A model generated the notes under the pieces. The model did not search any database and was not told where the DNA came from. It saw only the letters and a list, made by a program, of their open reading frames with translations. Shown here piece after piece: positions 19,286-29,341 of a stretch of DNA of 64,000 nucleotides. The position numbers were made by a program, and so were the translations under genes. The stretch spans positions 202,463 through 266,462 of the forward strand of contig VRVR01000001.1 of the NCBI GenBank assembly GCA_009859145.1, written 5' to 3'. The stretch comes from Andalucia godoyi And28 (lineage: Eukaryota; Protista; Jakobida). How positions within the stretch are numbered: the first letter of the stretch is position 1; each line of letters starts with the position of its first letter.

Positions 19286-20413
19286 CTACAAGTTACCGCG
19301 AAGGTCTTGTTCGCGCTCAATCGCCTCAAACAGTGCCTTGAAGTTTCCAACACCAAATCCAGAGTTGTTTGCACGTTGAATAATCTCGATGAACAGCGTC
19401 GGCCGATCCTCCAGAGGACGCGTGAAGATCTGCAGCAAGTAGCCACGATCGTCGAAGTCCACGAGGATGGAGAGTTTCTCAATCTCGTTCAAGTCCTCCT
19501 TGATCGAAACCTCCGACGCGGCCAAGCGCTTTCGCAGGTCATCATAGTAGGACTTAGGAACGGACAAGAACTCGACTCCGCGGGCACGCAGGTTGGCGAC
19601 CGCATGGAGCACATCAGGCACAGACAGAGCAATGTGCTGGACTCCGGCACCGCCATAGAACTCGCAGTATTCCTCGATCTGCGACTTCTTGCGTCCCGGT
19701 GCGGGTTCGTTGATTGGCATCTTGACCAGCTCCGAGTCGTCCGACATGACCACAGACCTGAGGGCGGAGTAGTCCGTGTGCATCTGCTTGTCATCCACAG
19801 ACCAGAAGCGGTGGAATCCCAGTTTTTCCTGATACCATTGCTCCACAGGAAGCATGCCGTCCCATTCTTGGTTTCCAACAATATGATCAATCGACGCGAT
19901 TCCAGGACTCGATCCAGTCAGCGTGGTGAACGCATCTGTTGAGCCATCAACCTTTGCAAACCCCGGCAAAAAGACTCCATTGTAGTTCTTTCGTTCGACA
20001 AACGTATGCACCGTATCTCCGTAAGTGCGGATGGTCGCAAGCACAACCTCGCCATTCTCGTCCTTTAGAACATACGGCTCACGGATGGACTCTGCCCCAG
20101 CACCCACTGCCTTGGTCCAGCACGCACGGGCATCCTCCACCGTGAATGCCACGTCACGGACTCCATCTCCGTGCTTCGTCATGTGCTCGCCAAACGCAGC
20201 ATTGTCAGGACGCAACGGCGACTCAAACACAAAAAACGTGCGATCCTGCTGGATCACATGCGACACAACATCCCGTGCCCCAGTCTCAAGGCCACGGTAC
20301 GCCACTCGAGAAAAGCCAAACCGTCCGCAGTACCAATCCGCAGCCTGCTTCGCGTTGCCAACCCAAAGCAAAATGTGGTCAAACCCGAAATAGCGAGATG
20401 CTTGCGTAGACAT
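19286..20413 (-). CDS. HPD: 4-hydroxyphenylpyruvate dioxygenase
   Basis: FDHILLWVGNAKQAA, HGDGVRDVAF, IDHIVGN, INEPAPGRKKSQIEEY, GAGVQHIAL, GYLLQIFT, FIEIIQR, GFGVGNFKALFEAIEREQ. Confidence 0.97.
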   Translation of the reverse strand: MSTQASRYFGFDHILLWVGNAKQAADWYCGRFGFSRVAYRGLETGARDVVSHVIQQDRTFFVFESPLRPDNAAFGEHMTKHGDGVRDVAFTVEDARACWTKAVGAGAESIREPYVLKDENGEVVLATIRTYGDTVHTFVERKNYNGVFLPGFAKVDGSTDAFTTLTGSSPGIASIDHIVGNQEWDGMLPVEQWYQEKLGFHRFWSVDDKQMHTDYSALRSVVMSDDSELVKMPINEPAPGRKKSQIEEYCEFYGGAGVQHIALSVPDVLHAVANLRARGVEFLSVPKSYYDDLRKRLAASEVSIKEDLNEIEKLSILVDFDDRGYLLQIFTRPLEDRPTLFIEIIQRANNSGFGVGNFKALFEAIEREQDLRGNL

Positions 20414-20963
20414 TTCTTTTTCTTTTTTCCTTTCCTTTTTCTATTCTTGTTTCCGATAATACCAGAACTTTTTTTTTAATTAAATCGAATCAAGAAAATG
20501 ATGATAGATGAAAAGACGAAAAGATGAAAAAGATGGCAAAGCGTCGAACAAGTCAGAAATAGAACAGCGGAAGGCCGCCGGGCTGATGACGATGGTAAAA
20601 AAAGAAACCGGAAATCCGAAGGGCGACTTGACGATGACACATTCAGACTTGAGGCTTGACACTCGCTTCTTGCAAGGGGGCCTTGTTTTTTTTTTACGAC
20701 CGGTACACTTCTCCAACCCTGGTACCTGGTGCTTGGTCTGTTTGCGATCCAAAAAGGCCATTTTACGTCCAAGACTGTGAACATAGCAGCTGCGGGCGCA
20801 ACAAAACATTCGGGGAGGGGTAGATTGGAGAGTTGGTACTCAATAATGACCTCATCAAAACGAATTCCAAAACATCTCCTTCGATAAACATACAACACAA
20901 ACAGACAGGGGGGGGAGGGGAGCGCAATCCACGAATAACACGGCGGGGAAGAAGGAGAAGGGA

Positions 20964-22926
20964 TCAGCTTTGGGCAGCCTCAAGAGCATTTGGATCCTTT
21001 TGCAGCTGCTGTAAAGCCATGATGATTTCTCGCTCCCGTTCGCGTCTCCAGACTTCGTGCTCAACACGCATCAATGTAGCCTCCAACTTGGTCTTCGGGC
21101 CCTCGCGAACCCACATAGACCTGAACGATCGGTCAGGACCACTGAGAAGCGGGTCCTTCAGAGTTCGTTGGAGTACGTTGCGCTTACGGAGACGGGATCG
21201 TGCAGGGTAACTGTCATGACTGTCCGCTCCATACTCAGCATCTTGTCCGTCACGATCATCAGCAGAATCAGGCTCTTCTTTCGCTTTGCCTTCCTTCTTT
21301 GAACTTGCGTTCTTCCCGCTCGCAGAACTCGAGGCTGCGGATGCTGCAGACTGATCTTTGTTTCCGATGTTCTGGGCGACAGCGTTGCCGGATCGTGATT
21401 TCTTCGCTGGAGGGGCATGTGGAGGAGAATCCTCGGGAGACGGAGCTTCCTCGCGCTTAGACGAATGGCTTCCCGAAGCGCCGCGAGATGAAGCAGCATT
21501 GGACTGCGCCATGGATGTCGATGCCATTTGGGCAGCTTTGCGCTTGATTTCTCCCGCGGGTGTCACGCTTATTCCCATGGATGCCAGCATGGAGGGCTCC
21601 TTCTCTTTGGAACCTTCCTTCTTCTCCGTCTTTTCGTCTTTCCCGCCAGTCATGCCTGAAGGGCCACCGCTGGCCTGCTGAAGACCGACAGTGGACCGAT
21701 TGCAGAACCAACAACGGAACTGGAATTTTGCGTCCTTGATCTTTGCCTTGTTGTCAATGATCTTTGCATCCACCATGCATTTAATGTGGCACCATGACTG
21801 GCAACAATAGCACTGGATGAGATCCCCTCGACGGTCGCACACCTTGCACGTATCCTTTTCCTTTCTGTAGTACCGATGAACGTGGCCGCAACTGCAGTTC
21901 ACCATGTACACAAGCTCCCCTTCCTTGATATCCTTCTCGTTCAGCATCTTGTCCAAATTCTTTCCATTCCTGTCCATAAACTCTACAAACGGAAGAATAT
22001 TCTCCTTGTAGTACTCTCGAACTTTGAACGCCAATTGCGGACTTCTCTGCGTCGCATCGAAGGCAGGAAGAAACGTAACAGCTCCCCAGTTTGAGTCCGT
22101 GGCCCGTTGTGGTGTCTCCAGCTTCTTCCAGCCGCCCATCATGTCAATGAGAATGTAAAACACGTACGGATCTCCAACCCTGCGCGCAAACCACGGCAAG
22201 GATGCCGGCTTGTCTCCATTCCCATTGGAGAAGAACTTGGAAAGATAGTTGATGTACCGTCTATACCACTTTCTGCGTTCTTCTGGATCCTCGTAGATCC
22301 GAATACATGCCTTGTTCCAGAACTGGTTTCCGATGTCTGGGTTCTCACAAGCTCGTAGAAACTGAAAAAAGGGTACCTTGCTACGCGCCTGTAGGATGGC
22401 AACCTTGAAAATCGAGTCGTCGTCGATGCTCGTCTTGTCTGTCTCGAGCAAGTTGGAGAAGTGAGTGTCAAACTTGTGCAGCGAACGCACTGGAACGGAC
22501 GCAACTTGAAGCGTGCCATAAAACCCTACAATAATGCGGTTCGCTTCCGTGGAATCGAAAATTTCTGGTTTTGAGAATTGCATGGATGAATCCAAAATCT
22601 GCGCAGGCCAATAGGGAAACGTGCCAGACTTTGCAAAAACGATTTCTGCCTTTGCAAATTCATCTTCCCCCTCCTTTCCATCCACGTCCCCTTCGTCCTC
22701 CCCATCATCCGCAATACTGATACTTGGCTCCTCGTCATCACCGTGATCATTCTCGCCATTGTCGTCCTCCATTTTCACAGGAGTCTTCGACCTGCTGCTG
22801 CTCTTCTTTCCAGAATTTCCCGAAGCCGATGACGTACCCGATGACGAACTACTTGATGTACTCGATGACGAACTGCTTGATGAACTACTGGGCGGCCCAT
22901 TCACTGTTGAGGAGTTGTTGTTGGAG

Positions 22927-22963
<37 letters not shown>

Positions 22964-23174
22964 CACGAGCATCAGAAACACTTTGAATTCCAGCATCCAC
23001 CTCATCCCCATCTGCAGTATGAAGTGAGATTGCAGCCGGACTAGCCTCGATCGAACCACTTTCGCCCTTGACTGGAGACGGTACTCCAAGAGTCTTGCTA
23101 CTTTGCCTCTGATTCTCCTCCGCCGACTGGTCGTCCGCATGAACAACCGCTACTTCCTGTCCTATCTGTGACAT
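20964..23174 (-). CDS. Chromatin-reader protein with PWWP, ARID and PHD domains (~736 aa)
   Basis: ATG at 23174; the upstream in-frame part of the track ORF is a low-complexity spacer. PWWP IVFAKSGTFPYWPAQI; ARID PYVFYILIDMMGGW...VREYYKENILPF; PHD CKVC...CYCCQSWCHIKC...CWFC. Confidence 0.8.
22926..22962. repeat. Coding (AAC)n tract encoding poly-N
   Basis: gttgttgtt... run on the + strand inside the PWWP gene. Confidence 0.9.
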
Positions 23175-23409
23175 CCACAACTGCCTCGGATAACTTTTTT
23201 TGGAATTCAAAATAATAATATCAACAATAAGACAACGTGTACTCTTCAGTGGAGTATCGCTCGAGTAACAAAATGAAAAATCAAACAAAACCTTGAAAGG
23301 ACAGCAATACCAAACAACCAGCACAACAAGACAAAAAACAACAACAACAACTATAAAAATAATAAACAGTGCACTGAAGAAGAGTAAGAAGAAGAAAATC
23401 ACTTGAACA

Positions 23410-23466
23410 AAACACACGCACACACACGCACACACACGTACACACGCACGCACACGCACATACACA
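23410..23466. repeat. Imperfect (CA)n microsatellite upstream of the PWWP gene
   Basis: acacacgcacacacacgcacacacacgtacacacgcacgcacacgcacatacac. Confidence 0.85.
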
Positions 23467-23888
23467 GAGAGAAAATGATGAAAATGAAATTAAAAGCAGC
23501 CAAGGCAAAACCGCATTTTTGTTTTGTTTCGTTTCTTTTTGGTGGGGAATGTCGAAATGGTTCGGATTGGCAGAAAAAACAGGCAGGGAAAGAACTGACG
23601 GCTGCGATTCCAGTGCAGAAAACACTCCGACATCGGACACATCAACGAAAAGGAGCGAGCGTGGGGGGGGGGGGCCAGTCTCAATTGATGCGCTCAAAAC
23701 ATCCCAAGAGGCCAATAAAGACTCCGGAGGTCCATTCGATTCTGTGTGTCCTTCCCTGACCTTCCTCTATATCTTTTTTTTTTGGTTGGGTTCCCGCACT
23801 GTTGTTGGTCCTATCACTTCATTCTTGGATAAGATTGGCATTTGGCCTCGTTTGCCCCTTGCTTCAAAGAGATCCCTCCGTATCTATC

Positions 23889-25374
23889 ATGATTTCGCAA
23901 TTTTTCGTACTTTCCAGACGCGGCGACATCATCATCTTTCGAGACTGTATGCATTTTACATTTTGTTTTTGGCTTCGTTCCCCCCCTCTGTTTGCTTTGC
24001 TTTGCGTTGCTTATTTCCCCCATTTTGCTTCTCACTGCTTGCCTTCTTGATTTTATTTTCTGCTACTGCATAATCATTGTAGATCGAGGAGACGTGACGA
24101 AGAAGAGTTCCGAGGTGTTTTTCCGGAACATACATCAGCGATCCTCGACAGAAGCTGTGAATGCGGCTCCAGTGTTCTCTGTGGATGGAGTTTCGTTCAT
24201 GTTTTCCCGGAAATCTGGAATGTATTTTGTGATTACGACTCGTTGCAATATGTCCCCTGTTTTTGGATTTGAGGTGATTAACCGCATTACGAGGATCATT
24301 CGAGACTACACAGGTATTCTTTCGGAGGATGCAGTGAGGAAGAATTTCGTGCTGATTTACGAGTTGGCTGATGAAGTTATTGACTTTGGATATCCGCAGG
24401 AGATGTCGACGGAGAATCTAAAGTCTCTTGTGTTCAACGAGCCTGTTGAGTCGGAAGGGCAGCAGTCCTCGGCGCTGGCGTCTGCGATGGATAAGCTGCG
24501 AATTGGAGAGAAAAAGACGGCGTCTTCGTCTTCTGCTCAGCGATCGGTGATTGGTTCTGCAGAAAAGGAGAAGAAACCGAATGCAAATGAGCTGTTCGTG
24601 GACATTCTCGAGAAGCTGCATGCGACGTTTGACGGAACAGGAAAGTTGCAGAATTCTTACATTGAGGGTTCCATCATTATGCGGTCTTTCTTGTCGGGTT
24701 CCCCGGAGATTCACGTTGGGTTGAACTCCGATTTGCAAGTCGGAAGAGATGGCAAGTCGTCAGGACGCAGCGGACTGGTGTTGGATAGTATCAACTTCCA
24801 TCCTTTGGTTCAGCGTTCCGAGTTTGAATCCGATCGCGTTGTTGCGCTTTATCCTCCAGACGGCGAGTTCACGGTGCTAAACTATCGAACCTCTGGTGAG
24901 TGTCCGATGCCGTTCCGCGTGTATCCGTATCTTGAGGATGCTGGAAACTTCCGCATTGACCTCATCATTCGCATCCGCGGCGAATTTCCAGAGCAGTGCC
25001 ATGCTACTCATGTGGTCGTTCAGTTCCCTGTTCCTGATCTTGTCGCCTCGGTGAACTTTGAGGTTGGATCGACTGCCGGTGGCCAGGAAACGGAGTACAA
25101 GGCAGGAGAAAAGATGGGATACTGGAGGATCAAGAAATTCACTGGTGGATCCGAGTATGCAGTTCGGGCCAAGATGTCTTTCAATACGACTGCACCGTCT
25201 GCTCTGTCCCGGAAGCAAATCGGACCCATCGTGATGTCTTTCGAAATTCCAATGTTCAATGTTTCCGGACTCAATTTGCGGTTCTTGCGCATCCAGGAAC
25301 GCGACAAGTCATACAACCCTGCCCGATGGGTCCGCTACATTACGCAATCGAATTCGTACACCAGTCGGCTATGA
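23889..25374 (+). CDS. AP4M1: AP-4 adaptor complex mu subunit; exons 23889-23946 and 24083-25374
   Basis: Spliced N-terminus MISQFFVLSRRGDIIIFRD-Y-RGDV via intron GTATGC...TTGTAG (23947-24082). VRKNFVLIYELADEVIDFGYPQ, NELFVDILE, YPPDGEFTVLNYR, FEIPMFNVSGLNLRFL, PARWVRYITQSNSY. Confidence 0.93.
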
Positions 25375-25537
25375 AGAACAGAGTGGTGAATAGGGTGAGC
25401 CAGACAAGGGGTGTATTCGTTTAAATTAAAAATAAATAAATAAAAATAAAAAGGTTTCATGCGCTTTCCTATTTTCCAATTTATTTCTTCATGGGGAGGC
25501 TTAACCGTGCAACTTTCTCGATGTGCGGAGAGAGAGG

Positions 25538-28003
25538 CTACATCCGAATGGAATCAAAGATGGCTTCTCTGTCGTCGACATCAAATACGTCCTCCACCAT
25601 CGCCCTGAAATTCTGGCGACTATCGCTCAGCTGCTGATGCAGCGCTGTGGTCAGATCGGCTTTCGCTTCTTGCGCTTTGAAAACGCCCAGAATCTGTCGA
25701 AGCTGTGAACAAGTCAGCTTGACGTCATCCAGACCCTTTCGGACAGCTGCGATACGACGACTGACAATTTGCTCTTTGCGCAGAGTGGAGAGTAGGACTT
25801 GTAATTCTTCGTCCGACAGGTGCTTTCCGTCATACAGCTCCTTCACGATCTCCTCCGGGATGCCTTCGTCTTTCAACCGCAGGAAATCGATGGTGCGCCG
25901 CATAACTGACGTCCGAACGGCTCCTTTCATATGAGGAAGAAAGCTGGAGCGATCTGTGCATCGAGCATAAGCGGTAACGCACATTCGAAACACCCAGTCC
26001 TCATCAAGCTGCCCCATACCTCTGAAAAGATGGAATAGCGATGCTAGCTGTTGGCAGGTGAAGTGAAAAGCGTTGAGGGCTCCTTCCAACTCAAACTGCT
26101 TTCCTTCTGTCGAAAACTCGTGAAGGATCTGGAAAGCAAACGATGCGACCAACCACTGTTCAACAGGCGGTGGCGCGATGCTGTACATGTCGTGATCGTC
26201 GTAAGAGAGATACACAATTTCCACCGTTCCCGCAGAGGGCAGAGCCCTTCGCAGTTGGAATCCCTCCGGTGCAACAAAGGCCGTGTTGCTCCTCGCCGAG
26301 CTCGGAGTTCCTGCGAGTGACTGCGCGAGCGAAGCCGTTGCTGACGAAGCATTCTGCGAGCCTGAAATGGAAAGCCTGATTCTCGATACCAGTCTGCTGC
26401 GCGAGACCACGTTTGCCATCGACTTGGATCTCGATGCCTTGAGATCCCCTCCCGACTCTTCGTCTGGAAGGTCCACCGCGAAGAGGCTCGCAGCGGATCC
26501 GCCGGCATCAGTCGGGGCCTGTTTCTTGTCTTTCGTCTTGTCTTGTTTTTTTCTGCCTTGTGGGAGGTCCCCATCCTCTTCTTCGTCTGGGCTTTTCGAT
26601 TCACAGTAGTACCGAATTTCCAGCGGTCCGCTTGCTGTGTACGGCTCCAAAGTGATGGAGCCCTCCAGTTTTCCGCGGAGGAACGCGCGCAGACCCGGGT
26701 ACTTCTTGTCTGCGAGGATCCATGAGCTTTCAAGAGGTGGTGTGCCGTCGGGATCGTCGACGCGTGTGATCCCGATCCAGTCGTTGAAGTCAGCACGGGA
26801 CGCTGGGGCTTTCCACTTGACATTCAGTTTGCCACCAAAGGAGACCATTTCTGGGACAACGGTGACAATGAATCCGTCAGCTCCTCGACTTTCTTGGAAG
26901 CGGACGTGGTCAACATTGAACAGGTCAATATCCCTCCCATCTAACAGCACAAATTTGAGGTTTTCTCCAAGATTCTGGGCTTCCAGATCACACAGCCTGT
27001 CAATGATTGCTCGACTTTCGTCTTTGGAAGCATCGAGTCTGTAGTAGCCAGCAGGATCCTCTGGGTCGAACAGAGTCTTTTCGCTGTACACACCGAGTTT
27101 CAGTTCTCGCTGCACCATGTTTCGACATGTGGATGACGTCACGGCCTGGAGCGCTTTGAAAAAATACGCAGGATCGATGATTCTCTTGAAGATCTTGACT
27201 GCGATTTCAGCCTGCATGTGCGGATATTCAAACAGCTTCATCAGCTGCACTGCCTGGTCGGTCGAAAAATAGTTGCCCTTGAGGGACATCAGCAACACAT
27301 CCAGTCGTCTGTCTGGAAAGCAGTCTTCTCGGAGCCTCCTTACCAGTTTTGAAAAATTCTTATCTTCGATTTGAATGCTGCTGCTGAGCATCTTCACTCC
27401 CGAATTCATGCCGTCTCCAACCGTGCCTCGTAGGTACCGCAAGACAGCAGCAGGTCCGTTTCGGATGATGTCGTCGAGTGGAGACTGCAGCGGATTGCCT
27501 GCCATGTCCAACGATTTGAGATTCGAGAGCTGCCCTACCTCGGCAGGAAGCGTCGCGATCTTGTTTTCCCGAAGAACGAGAACCTCGAGTAGCGAGCACA
27601 GCCCAAGAGAAGGCCCGACTGCGTGCAGTCGATTCGAAGTGAGATCCAGTTTTTTCAAACCCTTCATTCCGCCCATCCCACCTGGTATCGACTCGATTAC
27701 ATTGTAGCTCATATCGAGAGATTCCAGACTGAACAGACTCAGCAAGGGTGGTGGAATGTCAGTGAAAAAGTTCCGTTTCAGATTCAGTGTTTTCAAATTG
27801 ACAAGATTCCCAAAGTCTGGTGGCAAGGACGCAAGCATGTTTTGAGACAGGTCGATTCGTATCAGAGACATGAGCACTCCGATGTCTCGCGGAACCTGTG
27901 AAATTTCCATACGATGCAAATCCAGCGATTCCTCCTTGTCCTCCTTCACATCCGTAAGGACTTTTCGAACCTTCTTGTTGATCTTGATGCTGTTCGTCTT
28001 CAT
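25538..28003 (-). CDS. LRR protein with DUF4476-like helical domains and SKICH-like beta domain (821 aa)
   Basis: About 6 LxxLxLxxNxL repeats; FSKLVRRL...YFSTDQAVQLMKLF and C-terminal LTCSQLRQILGVF (DUF4476-like); FNDWIGIT...LEIRYY (SKICH-like). Confidence 0.7.
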   Translation of the reverse strand: MKTNSIKINKKVRKVLTDVKEDKEESLDLHRMEISQVPRDIGVLMSLIRIDLSQNMLASLPPDFGNLVNLKTLNLKRNFFTDIPPPLLSLFSLESLDMSYNVIESIPGGMGGMKGLKKLDLTSNRLHAVGPSLGLCSLLEVLVLRENKIATLPAEVGQLSNLKSLDMAGNPLQSPLDDIIRNGPAAVLRYLRGTVGDGMNSGVKMLSSSIQIEDKNFSKLVRRLREDCFPDRRLDVLLMSLKGNYFSTDQAVQLMKLFEYPHMQAEIAVKIFKRIIDPAYFFKALQAVTSSTCRNMVQRELKLGVYSEKTLFDPEDPAGYYRLDASKDESRAIIDRLCDLEAQNLGENLKFVLLDGRDIDLFNVDHVRFQESRGADGFIVTVVPEMVSFGGKLNVKWKAPASRADFNDWIGITRVDDPDGTPPLESSWILADKKYPGLRAFLRGKLEGSITLEPYTASGPLEIRYYCESKSPDEEEDGDLPQGRKKQDKTKDKKQAPTDAGGSAASLFAVDLPDEESGGDLKASRSKSMANVVSRSRLVSRIRLSISGSQNASSATASLAQSLAGTPSSARSNTAFVAPEGFQLRRALPSAGTVEIVYLSYDDHDMYSIAPPPVEQWLVASFAFQILHEFSTEGKQFELEGALNAFHFTCQQLASLFHLFRGMGQLDEDWVFRMCVTAYARCTDRSSFLPHMKGAVRTSVMRRTIDFLRLKDEGIPEEIVKELYDGKHLSDEELQVLLSTLRKEQIVSRRIAAVRKGLDDVKLTCSQLRQILGVFKAQEAKADLTTALHQQLSDSRQNFRAMVEDVFDVDDREAIFDSIRM

Positions 28004-28470
28004 TGCTGCTGCACACAGATCATTTCAAAAATACTTTCTTCTCCAGGTCCTCTTCCTCCTCTTTTCCCCTCCCCTAATGCACGAAACGGAACTTACTGCT
28101 TTCCCGTCTCGTCGTCAGTGCTCAAGATGTATTTCCCAAGCAACGCAGCCTTCAAATATATATATGTATATGTAAATTTATACACATATACATTTTCAGT
28201 CACCGGAAGCTTCCGCCTTTGTTCTCGCAACCGCTGTAAAAATACCCCTGGCCTAAGAAGCCTTTGTTTCGCAGTGTTTTCCTTTTCGCAGTGTTTTCCT
28301 TTTCGTTTGCTGCATCCTTTGTGGCTTTGGCTTTGGCTTTGTCTTTGGCTTTTTCTTTTCTTTATTTGTTCTTTATTTAATCCGTTTTTGTTTTTTTGTT
28401 TTTGTTTTTGTTTTTGAATTTGCCCGAGGAGAAATAAAGGCAGACAGTATCGACAAGAGGAAATCATAGA

Positions 28471-29164
28471 ATGCTGAAGGCCAAGAACGTCTCGACATTC
28501 CTTGAACAGTCCAACACGGATGGAGTTTCCGCGTCAATGTATGCATTTTTCGTTCATTTTGTCCATTTTTTCTTCTTTTTTGTTTTGCGTGCTTCTCTTT
28601 GTTTTGCGGAACCATCAAAAAAAGAGAGAAGGAAGAAGGGGGGAAAAAACAATGTGTAACTGACTTCAAGCCACCCTCAAAAATATGATGATGAGGATGA
28701 TGATTTGGTGTCATTAGGCTCATGACGTCGGATGGCTCGTTGCTTGCGTCTGCTGGGGATGCAAAGAGAATAGCCGTGGTTGGTGCGATTGCCGCGAACA
28801 TGTGGACTGCGCAGAAGTCAGTTTCTGCCTCTGCGTTCAAAAACGATGAACTGCGGCTCTTGATTGCGCAGTGCGAGGTATGATTGTTCAAGAGCTTTTT
28901 CTACTTTGTTTTTTGTTGTTGGTGTTTGTTGCCTCTTCTTTTCCTGTTGTCTGTTCTCATTTGTATGTATGTATATGTGTGGGTGTGCGTGTGGGTGTAC
29001 AGAACGCGGTGGTTGGTGTGGTTCCGGTTAATTCTCTGCTACTGTGTGTGGTTGCAGAGGCGAGCATTCCCCTTGGGCTGTTCCGCGCGAAAGCAGAGAG
29101 CCTTCGAGACTACATGGCGGGTGCATTGTCTGAATTAGATGCCGCATTGACTGCTTCTTCGTGA
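28471..29164 (+). CDS. LAMTOR2: Ragulator subunit LAMTOR2 (Roadblock fold); exons 28471-28538, 28718-28877, 29003-29164
   Basis: Spliced product MLKAKNVSTFLEQSNTDGVSASMLMTSDGSLLASAG...GAIAANMW...DELRLLIAQCE-NAVVGVV...LLLCVVA...GLFRAKAESL matches the LAMTOR2 pattern (MLRPK...GSLLA...AAIASNIW...GMLKAKA). Introns GTATGC..TAG and GTATGA..CAG keep the frame. Confidence 0.9.
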
Positions 29165-29341
29165 AGGCCTCTTTTCATTGACAATAAAAATGACCACAGC
29201 AGCAGCAACCAAAATAAAAATAATTAAATAATAATTTTAATTAAAAAATTAAAAAATTAAAAAAAGATACGAAACAAACTTAAACTCATGAAAGTACGTC
29301 CGTATATTGGGGAGTTCAAGGTCCACGTGGTCGCTTCATCT

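Noticed and set aside
19232-19942. 236-aa plus-strand ORF
   Set aside because: Antisense shadow of HPPD.
23175-23465. Hydrophobic 97-aa N-terminal extension of the PWWP ORF (similar extensions on the AP4M1, SWIB, FAM221 and 7TM track ORFs)
   Set aside because: Translation of T-rich or microsatellite spacer or intron sequence, often from near-cognate starts; not credible protein sequence.
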